Positions 38,001 to 48,011 of a stretch of 64,000 bases of DNA are shown here, piece after piece. The notes under the pieces are model-generated. The model was not told the origin of the DNA and searched no databases. It was given only the letters and a program-made list of their open reading frames with translations. This DNA comes from Hemiscyllium ocellatum (Eukaryota), in assembly GCF_020745735.1 (NCBI RefSeq), contig NW_026867515.1, positions 1,020,774 to 1,084,773 of the forward strand, in the 5' to 3' direction. Every line of letters starts with the position of its first letter. Positions within the stretch are counted from its first letter, which is position 1. A program made the position numbers and the translations under genes.

Positions 38001-39394
38001 AGAAATTAATATTTTGGAATTAAATTGCCATTGTTCAGCAGAACCATGGCCACTTTTGGAATGTTGTATGCAGTTCTGGTCTCACTCCTATCAGAAGGAT
38101 ATTGTGAAACTTGAAAGGGTTCAGAAAGGACTTACAAGAATGTTGCCAGGGTTTGAGTGATAGGGAGAGGTCAAGCAGACTGAGGCTGTTTCCCCTTGTG
38201 CGCTGGGGGCTGAAGTTGATAAAATCATGAGGGGCATGGATAGGGTAAATAAATCAAGGTCTTTTCCTTGAGATGGGATACTCCAGAATGTAAGGGTAAT
38301 AGGTTTAGGGTGGGGAAGGAAAGTGAAAAAGTTGCCCCTAAGGGGCAACTTTTTCATTCAGAGGGCTGTGTGTGTAAGGAACAAGCTGCTGGAGGAAGTG
38401 GTGGAGGCTGGTACAATCACAACATTTAAAAGGCCATCTGGATGGGTATATGAATAGGAAGGGGTTAAAGAAATATAGGCCAAGTGCTGGCAAATAGGCC
38501 TAGATTGATTCTGGATATCTGGTCCGCATGTTCACTTTCTCTCTGGTGTCGGTGTCAATACCTTGATGTCTCATTTTCTTCCCCTTCCTGGGGACGTTAA
38601 CCATTTCGTGTCTCATTGTTCTTCAAGAAGCTGCATTGTAGGTTCATCCTGAATTGACAGTTTTTGCTTCCCAAAATCAGACCTGCTCACTCTCAGCAGT
38701 ATTCCAATGTTGGGAAAGAAACTAATTTTCAGGTGGAGCTATCCAAAATTCAGAGAGATGTCAGTCTTGACATTTTTGCTTTTCTGCTCCTGTAAGATCC
38801 TGAATCAGCACCTTCAGGGGAATTAGAGTGGAGTGAGAACAGAAGGAGAGAGAGAGAGAGAGTGGGATGATGCTTTCAATTTTGTGGAATAACAAAAGAA
38901 AAGAATGTTCTGCAGAAAGTAGAGTTGCTTGTTCTGAATTTCTACCCTGGACTGACAGTGATGACTTTTGAAATCTTTTTTTACAGAGTATTTGAAGATC
39001 TGAAGACAGAAGTTTCAAAGTCAACAGATGAAGGGCTTAAGCTTGAAATATTGACTCTCCTGCTCTTCAGATGCTGCCTGACCTGCTGCGCTTTTCCAGC
39101 GCCGCACTTTTCGACACTGAGTGTCCAGTGTCTGCAGTCCTCACTTTGACATCAATGTCTGACAGTCACTCAATCCATTGGGAACACAACAATTTTCGAC
39201 TGTGATTCCGTGAGAAGGAGCAAAGCTTTTTGGTTCCTGTTTCTATATGTTTTCAGAATCAGTGGGACTGGATGAGAGACCGTACTGTTGCAGTGCACTG
39301 AGTGTGGAGCCAGAAATAGTTATACGACCTGGAAAGAGGAATTTACGGCAGGGAGGGGCTCGACACATGTTTGTGTGCAGCTGAAGTTTTGGCC

Positions 39395-40279
39395 ATGGAG
39401 AAACCTGAGGGATCCTGCCCCGTAGAGAAACCATGTAAGTGTGGTGACTGTGGGAAAAGTTTCCATTTTCCGTCTGCCCTGGAGACTCATCGGCGCAGTC
39501 ACACCGGGGTGAGGCCGTTCCTCTGCACAGAGTGTGGTAAGACCTTCAGCAATTCCTCTGACCTGCTGAAGCACCAACGGGTCCACACGGGGGAGAGACC
39601 CTTCAGCTGTCCCAAATGTGGGAAGGGCTTTACCCAGGCCTCCAGTCTGCTGGCCCACCGGCAGGTCCACACTGGGGAGAGGCCGTTTCTTTGCTCCAAG
39701 TGCGGGAAGGCCTTCAGCAATTCCTCTGCCCTGCTGAGGCATAAGCGGGGGCACATTGGGGAGAAGCCTTTCAGCTGCCCTGAGTGTGGGAAGGCCTTCA
39801 GCAATTCCTCCGACAGGCTAAAGCACCAACGGGTCCACACAGGGGAGAAGCCCTTCAGCTGCCCTGAGTGTGGGAAGGCCTTCAGCAATTCCTCCGACAA
39901 GCTAAAGCATCAGCGGGTCCACACAGGGGAGAAGCCCTTCAGCTGCCTCGAGTGCGGGAAGAGCTTTGCCCACGCCTCCACCTTGCTGACCCACCAGCGG
40001 GTCCACACCGGGGAGAGGCCCTTCACCTGCCCAGAGTGCGGGAAAGCCTTCAGCAATTCATCCGACAGACTGAAGCACCAGCGGGTCCACACTGGGGAGA
40101 GACCCTTCAGCTGCCCTGAGTGTGGGAAGGGCTTTACACAGTCCTCCACCCTGCTGGCCCACCAGCGGGTCCACAGTGGGAAGTGGCCATTCACCTGCTC
40201 TCTGTGTGGGAAGGGATTCACCCGCTCTTCCCACCTGCAGAGGCACCAGCGAGTTCACATGCCATGGCAGGGGAATTGA
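39395..40279 (+). CDS. C2H2 zinc-finger protein, 10 fingers, 294 aa, no effector domain
   Basis: gccATGGAGAAACCT start, ten fingers, acceptor ttttacag before 38987, and AATAAA at 40810 and 40826. Confidence 0.9.
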   Translation: MEKPEGSCPVEKPCKCGDCGKSFHFPSALETHRRSHTGVRPFLCTECGKTFSNSSDLLKHQRVHTGERPFSCPKCGKGFTQASSLLAHRQVHTGERPFLCSKCGKAFSNSSALLRHKRGHIGEKPFSCPECGKAFSNSSDRLKHQRVHTGEKPFSCPECGKAFSNSSDKLKHQRVHTGEKPFSCLECGKSFAHASTLLTHQRVHTGERPFTCPECGKAFSNSSDRLKHQRVHTGERPFSCPECGKGFTQSSTLLAHQRVHSGKWPFTCSLCGKGFTRSSHLQRHQRVHMPWQGN

Positions 40280-41585
40280 AGGAGCAATGGCAGAGTCCCA
40301 TTATCGACTGGACCCCTGGGTTTGAATCCCGTCGTGGCAGATGGTGGAATTGGAATTCGATCACAAGTCTGGAGTTCGGAATCTAACGATGAAACCATTT
40401 TTTGGGGGCAGGGGCGTGAGAACCCCCATCTGATTCACTCATGCCCTTTTTAGGAAAGGAAACTGCCGTTGCAGGAAAGGATTCCCTCAGTTGTCCCAGC
40501 TGCATCCTTTACCCGGGTGGCCTACATGTGACTCCAGACCCACAGCAGTGTGGTTAACTCCCCCACCTGCAGAAATGAACAGGGAGAAACTTACTTGGAT
40601 ACAGGGTCTGGGTTGAAATTGCTGAGTGAGGCAATACTTCCTGCGGGTTAAGGCTGTACCAAGGATCCAATTACAAAGGGATAACTCGGAGCTGACCAAT
40701 AGTAAAGAAAGTTGGGAGTGGGGGGACTGTGTACGCTTTGAACTTGAACTGTTTTTTAAAAAATAAGCTACTTTTTCTATGTCTTTTTGCTGGGGGGATC
40801 TGAAGCTGTAATAAAGTTGGGTCTCAATAAAGGTCTATGGGGTGAATTTGCATTTGCAGATACATTCAACTTTGATCAAAAAGCACACAACCTGCAGGCA
40901 GTTGATCCATGTAATATTTGTAAATTCCTACTTTAAAAATAGAACCAGTCTGATTCAAGATTGGGATACAGACAGACTCAAACCTCACACATTTCATTGT
41001 TTGAACTGAGAAGAAACCTATTTATATAAAACCTTAAGTCATCTAACTTCAAAGACTTTCTGGGATTTACACATTAATGAACTAAAACTTGCAACCTATT
41101 CTAAAAGACAAAAGACTTAACAACAATCTAGGTTTGTTCAATATATCCGATCAGTTGCACTATACTGTGATCTTTTACTATAAATTCTGTCTTATGATCC
41201 TGCTCCACAGCTTCCTGGTGAAGGAGCAGCGCTCCGAAAGCTAGTGCTTCCAAATAAACCACTATAACCTGATGTGTGATTTTTTTTAACTTGATCCAAC
41301 CCAGTCCATCTCTGGCTCCTCCACATCATTTCTAGTGAAGGCAGCCCACTTACTGCTGGGCTCAGAATGTCATTGAAAGCTTTGAGCTCCAAGAGGTTTT
41401 TGTTTTAAAGCTGCTCATTTCATTTCAACCTCCTGCACTAAGTTTCCAATGTAGTGGAGCAGTGAATAAGTAGCTGGTATCGTTAGAAATTGTAAATTTT
41501 TCATGAGTGCATGTACTGTGTCATTTCATCAGCATTGTAAAGGTTACTGGCAGCACTGGGAGGTGTGGGCTGCCTTCACTAGAAA

Positions 41586-44500
41586 TCCTTGCTGGTGCCT
41601 CTCTGTCTGACCTGCTGTTTGTGTGGCTTTGGTATTGTTGGGTTGTGAAACTGCCCTTGGGGCTTTGAGATACCTGTGGTGCTCTGTCATTGTTAGTGAG
41701 GTTGAAGTGTATTCCTTTGTCCGTGTGTGCTGTCTGGTTTGGCTTGTGAGCCTGCATGGGCATTCTGGGTGTTTTAGGTACAGTTTGGCCAATTTTGCTT
41801 TTGTGGGTTGGCAGAGTGGCAGATCTTTTTCCACAATCTCTCCCCCCACCCCCCCATTTCTTTTTGTTTTGCTTAGGGGAGGGACGAGAAGGGGCAATGT
41901 AGCCGGAGTCAGGGGGATTGTCGGGTGGGGGGTCGCGGTATCAGACAGATAGCTCTCAGTGTCTGAGTCTGGTCCAGGAGAAGCTATTTTAGGGGCAGGG
42001 ATGTTCTCCCAATGGATCTGTGCGAGCTGAGTGGTGAGGGGGGCAGAGGGTAACAGAATTGTACATAGGCATGAACAGCACAGTCGGATAGCCATGGCTA
42101 GCACTCTAAGCCCGGCAATGATAGCGATGAGGGCTATCAGTCCCTGCCGTCAGGCTCTGCGCATGCCCTCTTTCACATCGAGTAGGTAGTCCAGGGCCAT
42201 CCTGTTCTGCAGAGCCACTGTACAGATGGCAACAGCCTCCACATTCAGCTGGGCGAATGCGTCTGCTGTGGAGTTTGCCACCTCCTGTACTGTGACAGCG
42301 GGTTTGTGGGCTTCTACCTGTAACTGTAAGGTTGCAGAGTGGGGTGACATCAGGTAGAGAGCTGCTTCGATGGCAGCGAGGGCAAGTCTGCTGCGTGGCA
42401 TGGGCTTTGGGAAGGGAGGGGACTGGGAGTGATAAATGAATGGTACTGCATACCCAACATTGTTGCTCGCAGTCCAGGGTAACAGCAGCCAGGGGTTGGC
42501 TTTGTGGCCACAGATAAAATAGGTGCTGTTGTCGGTCTGGAGATGGAGTGTCTGGGGCCCTGTCCAGCTGGTGAGGAAGGTGGTATTCTGGGTGATCCTG
42601 TGGAGGACCTGTCGGTTTAAAATGCTGCCTTCTGCAGTGGATCAGCTTGCTGCGGGAGTTAGGAGCAGGGAGTCAATGCACCGGCTCCAGCCAGCTTCCC
42701 ATCCGGGTGGCTGTGTGTATCTCAAACAGATGGAACCTGCAGGTGGCCTGTGTGGGCTGTTGTCAGCAATGGTCAGGGCTGGGGGCTCATGGGAGAGGTT
42801 GTAGGCCGGGTAAAACCACTCTTTATATTTGTCCAGGTGGTAACCCGCAGACCTCCAGCGGGCTGGGCTGTTGTCCCCATATTTGGTCATTGCTGGTGGT
42901 ATTTTGAGTGTGGTAACCTCCGGGGACCTGTCTGATTCCAGCCACCATTCCGCCATGTCAGAGATATTGAAGGGGATTGAGGCGAAGGGAATGCCCCCTG
43001 TGAGAGTGGACAGGGATCTAGTGCAGACCCAGCAGTGGGTCTGATTAAATCGCTGAGCATACCCATGGGCCATTTTGAGGAAGGTGTTGGCCTGCAAATT
43101 ACAGTGGGTTATAAAATGTGCTGCCCCTTGGCCCTGTTTACCAGCAAGCCACAGTGTGATGGTCAGACAGATCAGATGGTGATGGCTGCCGCGAGCAGCT
43201 GGATCCATCCTGGGTGGTCGGAGTGGTGCCTTCCTCTGTGTGGTCCCTGTTCAGAGGTTGTGGAGCCCTCTTGCAGCGGGTGGCATGTGTCCATTCGGGC
43301 CATCCTTCCAGTTTCACAGCAGTCCGGGTTGTCATCAGGCACAGGCCTTTCCACCGAGGGGAGAGAGAATCCTTTTTCTGGTGATTTTATCATAACATAG
43401 TCCCCGGGTCAGAACAGATGAATGGGCACTGATTGGGGTGTGGGCAACGCAGCCCTGATCTGGTTGTGTGAGCACTAATGCTCCTGCTAAGGGCCTGGAC
43501 ATACTCTAGTGGGGCCTCTTGTGTCAGAAGCAGGGCTGTGTCTGTGGTGAGTGTCAGGGCTCTGGTGACAGTGAGCATAGGCTGCCCCATAAGTCCTTGA
43601 AAAGGGGTGAGCACAACTGTTCAGTTTGGCTGTGCATGTGTAGCACAGAGGGCAAGTGGCAAGGCGTCTGACCAGGTCAGTCCTGTTTTCTGGGTGGTTT
43701 TGGTCTGCCATTCATCTGCTCGACCATGCGTGACGACTGGGCTTGGTAGAGAATGGGGTGTTGCCGTGGTATCCCTAGTGCCTCGCTAATGCCGGTCACA
43801 AGCCGAGCCGTGAGTGAGTCCCCCTCTCCGTCTCTATGCTGCTGGGAACTCCAGATCTGGGGGTGACATCATTTAGGAGGCATTTTACTACCATACATGC
43901 ATCATCCTTTCTTGTGGGAAATGCTTCCACCCATTTGGAGAACATGTCTCTGACCAGGATGTACTTGTAACCCTGTTTTTGGGACGTGTGTGAAGTCCAT
44001 CAGTAAGTGGCTGAAAGGCCCCTCAGGAACTGGCAGGTACTTGGCAACTGGCTTCCCTGCATTGTTCTGCAGGTAGATGAGGCACTGTGATATCAGGGCT
44101 TGGGTAGCAGCAGTGAATCCTGGTGCATACCAGGACTGTGTTACAGTGTGTATCATGCCCCTCTTGCCCGTGTGGCCAATGCTGTGGGCTGCTCGGGCCA
44201 GTGTGTGTAGGTGGGCACTTGGGCAAATGATGCGGCCATCAGGGTGCATTAGCAGGTTGAGGGAAGGAGATTGTGTGGCCCCAATGCAGGCCCAACTGTC
44301 CTTTTTCTGCTTTGGAGCAGTTTCTTGGGTAGCTTGCACAGCCTCCATGGGCTCAGGGAATACTGGGGCCTTCACTATTCTGGGGGCCTGCAGGATGTAG
44401 ATGGTGGGGTGCAGTGCGACTTCCGGGCTGCTGTGTCAGCTGAGGCATTCCCGAGGGTGACTGGGTCAGTGGTAGAGGTATGGGCATGGCATTTGATCAT

Positions 44501-45508
44501 TGCTAGGGCTGAGGGTAACAGGGCTGCTTCCAGAAGGTTAGAAATCAGCGCAGCGTGTTGTAGCGGCCTCCCTGCTGATGTGATGAAGACTCTCTGTTTC
44601 CAGAATGTGCCAAAATCATGGATGACTCCAAAGGCATATCTGGAGTCAGGATAAATGTTTGCTGTGTGTCCTTTAGCAATGACACAAGCCCTAGTGAGTG
44701 CAAACAGCTCTGCAGTTTGTGCAGATGTGCCATTTGGCAGTGCAGCTGACTCTAGAACTGTGAAAGGAGTGCAGATGGCATATCCTGCCAGTGTGCAGTG
44801 GTCTGAGGGCCTGAAGGATGAGCCATACGTATAGAGAATGAGGTCAGAGTTGTCTAGAGGTGTTTCAGAGAGGTCAGGGCATGAGGCGATGACCTGCTGG
44901 ACAATGTCTAAACAGTCGTGGTCATCTGTAATGGTGGTCAGAGTGAGTGGGGGCAGGGCGACGTTGTAGGGACAGGATGGCTTTGGATAGTAAAGCAACC
45001 TCATAGCCAATTGTCTGGGTGGCAGTGAAATGTTGCTGCTAGAAATGGAGTAATCTAGATACAATGATGCTAATCATAAAACAGTTATCAGAGAAATGTC
45101 CTAATTCTCTACACAAAGCAACATTCTGACAGTATCGATGGATCAGGAGCTTCCATTCCTCTTCGCAGGGAGGTGCTAATGTCTCCTCTGAAGCGGTGAG
45201 TTGCTTCCATTGTCCTGTCCTGGGAGCAATGCTCTTGCTGATGCCTCTCTGTCTGACCTGTCCTTTGTGTGGCTTTGGTGTTGCTGGGTTGTGAAGCTGC
45301 CCTCGGGGCTTTGGGATACCTGTGGTATTCTCATTGTTAGTGGGTGTTTGAAGTGTACCGGTATTCCCTTGTCTGCAAATGCTGTCTAGTTTCACTTGTC
45401 AGCCTGCTTGGTCCGTGCTGAGGCATTCTGGGTATTTTAGTACAGTTTGGCCAATTTTGCTTTTGTGGGCCTATTGTGGGTTGCCAGGGTGGCAGATCTT
45501 TTCCCACA
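41586..45508 (-). mobile_element. Deleted class I (gamma/epsilon-like) endogenous retrovirus: LTR-RNase H-IN-env-PPT-LTR
   Basis: RNase H (LYTYGSS, SAQTAELFALTRAC, DSRYAFG), integrase (HSIGHTG, PFSHLLMDFTH), env CWVC and LQNRMALDYLL, a polypurine tract directly before TGTGG at 41835, and a second LTR copy at about 45230-45508. Confidence 0.9.
41900..43208 (-). pseudogene. env: Retroviral env, disrupted
   Basis: Signal peptide, NQTHCWVC, immunosuppressive domain LQNRMALDYLL and TM segment GLIALIAIIAG. Split by a stop and frameshifts; CX6CC is missing. Confidence 0.85.
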
Positions 45509-46767
45509 TACAATTACCAGGAATACTTGGAATCCTGAGAAGGATTCAAGTGAATCCTAGCGAGATGTTGCATCCTTTGCACTATTCCCAGAAAGTGAAT
45601 GAACTATCAAGACTCTTGTAAAGATTCATGGGAACTCTTGCAGGGATGTAAAGAAAACTAGATTTACAATTTAAGGCCATACATCCCATTCTGCTAAGTT
45701 ACTCCAGTTAATTGGTAACTTTTATTTGTTTAAAAATGTGAACTTAATGAAGAATTCTTTCAGTTAATCACTGGGTATTCAAATGTCTCTTCAGAATTAA
45801 AGATCATAACAAAACTGGGTGTCATTGTGGGATGTTGAATCTGTAGTACGTGCTTGATAAAATTTGGATGAACAGTATTTCAAAGTGAATTTTATCATGT
45901 TAAGTACTAAGACTTTCTGGAGAGGAAAGATTTGCCCTTGTGTGTTTTGCAACACTTAACCAAGGTCAGTTCAATAGAATAAGCAGACAGGTTGATGCTA
46001 GAGTTGAGAGCTGTGGCAAAATATCAGAAATAATGCAGGCAGTAGCACGGCAATTAGAGTTAGAAAGTTAGCTAAAAAATGATAAAAACAGGTTGGAAAG
46101 TTTTTTTTCAGCTTTTCTTAAAAAATGTTATCAAAATAAGTGTTGGTTGTGCAGAAAATTGAGTATGGGGATTCAGTAACGGAGGATAAAGAGATGGCAG
46201 GTGAATTGAAGAGTTTGAATCTGACTTCACTGGCGAGGATACAAGTAACACCCTAGAACGAGCTGTAAATCAGGAATTGAAAGGGAGGGAGGAACTGAAG
46301 AAAATTACAATTACCAGGGAAGTAGTACTGAGTAAACTGTTGGAACTAAGAGCTGATAAGTCCTGGGTATTTGAAGGAATTCATCCTAGATTCTTAAAGA
46401 GAAAGTAGCAAGTGAAATAAGACCATAAGACATAGGAGTGGAAGTAAGGCCATTCGGCCCATCGAGTCCACTCCGCCATTCAATCATGGCTGATGGGCAT
46501 TTCAACTCCACTTACCCGCATGTATTGATTTTAATTTTCCAAACCTCATTAGTTTCAGGGATGGTTTCTTTAAATTGGAAAAATCCTTTCTTCAAAAAAG
46601 CAGACCGAGAACAGGAAACTGCAGACCATTTAACTTAACATATGTGATGGGGAAAATGTTCAAAGCTATTATCAAAGGTATTACGACAGGGCACTTGTAT
46701 AAGTTCAAGGTAATCAGGCAGCGTGAATGTGTTTTTGTCAATGGGAAATAATGTAATAATTTTTTGA

Positions 46768-47030
46768 AGAACGGCCTCTCCGCACTGCAACTGAGCTGAT
46801 GAATCTCCAGTGCCCACGGGGAATGGAATCCCTTCCCTCAGACCCCACATTTCCACAACTTCTCCGCAGTTCTGGTGACTTTTTGGCTGTGTTTCCGATG
46901 AACAATTGAAAGTGTGATCACACTCGGGAAACGTGTACAGTCACTCCCTCCTGCGAATAGTGTAATGTTTCTTCAGTCTGTATAACAGGTTAAAGCGCTG
47001 CCCACAGTCCGCTCACGCGGAGACTCTCTC
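46768..47030 (-). pseudogene. Old zinc-finger relic (3 degenerate fingers)
   Basis: Minus-strand translation ..DCGQRFNLLYRLKKH..PECDHTFN..EKLWKCGV*GKGFHSPWALEIHQLSCSAERPF. Confidence 0.75.
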
Positions 47031-47189
47031 AACAAGGGGAAAAGACATACAAAGGTTGAGCAGCGAGACAAAATGCAAAAGCAATAAAATGTCGAACACT
47101 GGGAAAAAATATTGTGGCTCTCCCCCTTTTTTTTTCCTGTTGGCATTTGGGCACTTAAAATCTGTCAGTAACACCAGCATCCCGATAGA

Positions 47190-47469
47190 GCATACAGCGC
47201 ATGTTTGCCGGTGTCAGCAACGCCATGCGCATGCTCACCGGGTGTCAGCAAAACACTGGGCATGCTCGTCGCTGTCCGCACAAAAAGGCGCGCGATCTTC
47301 TTTTGATTGACCAATAGGGAGTACTGGAGGACCGGAAGGAGTCTAGTCTTCCTGCCAATCAGAGCCACCCCATTGTCTGAATGCGGAAGTTGGACCATGA
47401 GCTCCTGTTTCTCCGAGTGAAGATTGAGGTTCACCCCAGACTGCAATCTCCTTCCTCTGTCCAACATCT
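47190..47469 (+). promoter_or_regulatory. Promoter and first exon, probably of the ZNF at 52536
   Basis: NRF1-like tgcgcatgct at 47226, CCAAT boxes at 47311 and 47355, ETS gcggaagt at 47383, and donor ct|gtgagt at 47470. Confidence 0.65.
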
Positions 47470-47667
47470 GTGAGTACGGCACTCTCTTTTCTCACCACCT
47501 TTTCCAATTTTTTTTTTCATTCTGGGGTTCAGTTGTTGACTTGCAGCAACTGAAAGGTGGGGACAGACTCTGGAAACGTTGCTCCACGTCTGTGTCGCAA
47601 TTGGCAAAATAGACAGGCAGGAGGCTGGAAGAACAGAACAAACCAGGTAACATCAGGAGGTGGAGAA

Positions 47668-47700
47668 GTCGACGTTTCAGGTGTAACCCTTCTTCAGGAT
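47668..47700 (-). ncRNA. Hammerhead motif of an older PLE (core intact, weak stem I)
   Basis: Minus strand: atc-CTGAAGA-a-gggt-tac-acct-GAAA-cg-TC-gac. A GIY-YIG relic lies upstream at about 48100-48330 minus. Confidence 0.65.
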
Positions 47701-47794
47701 TGGGGATGGGTGCAGATAAAGGGTGTCCTGGGGGCAGGGTGGTGAAGTGGGGATAGGTGAAAGGTCTGACCTGGTTGGTGAATGGGAGGAATAA

Positions 47795-48011
47795 GAGTAA
47801 AAAATGAGGTCTGCAGATGCTGGAGATCACAGCTGCAAATGTGTTGCTGGTCAAAGCACAGCAGGCCAGGCAGCATCTCAGGAATAGAGAATTCGACGTT
47901 TCGAGCATAAGCCCTTCATCCTGATGAAGGGCTTATGCTCGAAACGTCGAATTCTCTATTCCTGAGATGCTGCCTGGCCTGCTGTGCTTTGACCAGCAAC
48001 ACATTTGCAGC
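47795..48011. mobile_element. 217-bp palindromic HHR mini-element with 15-bp TSD
   Basis: Perfect 89-bp arms (47832-47920 and 47923-48011) with a 2-nt spacer. TSD gaatgggaggaataa at 47780-47794 and 48012-48026. The sequence is identical to the 3' end of the PLE at 22311-22435. Confidence 0.95.

Noticed and set aside
38987-39149. VFEDLKTEVSK segment as a KRAB-like domain
   Set aside because: The resemblance to KRAB VTFEDV is superficial. The frame runs into PLE-derived sequence and stops before the fingers.
39371-39394. TTG/GTG starts given in the ORF track for the ZNFs
   Set aside because: The conserved ATG of MEKP, in good Kozak context, is the likelier start.
41900-43208. Domesticated syncytin-like env
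   Set aside because: The frame is broken and the CX6CC region is deleted.
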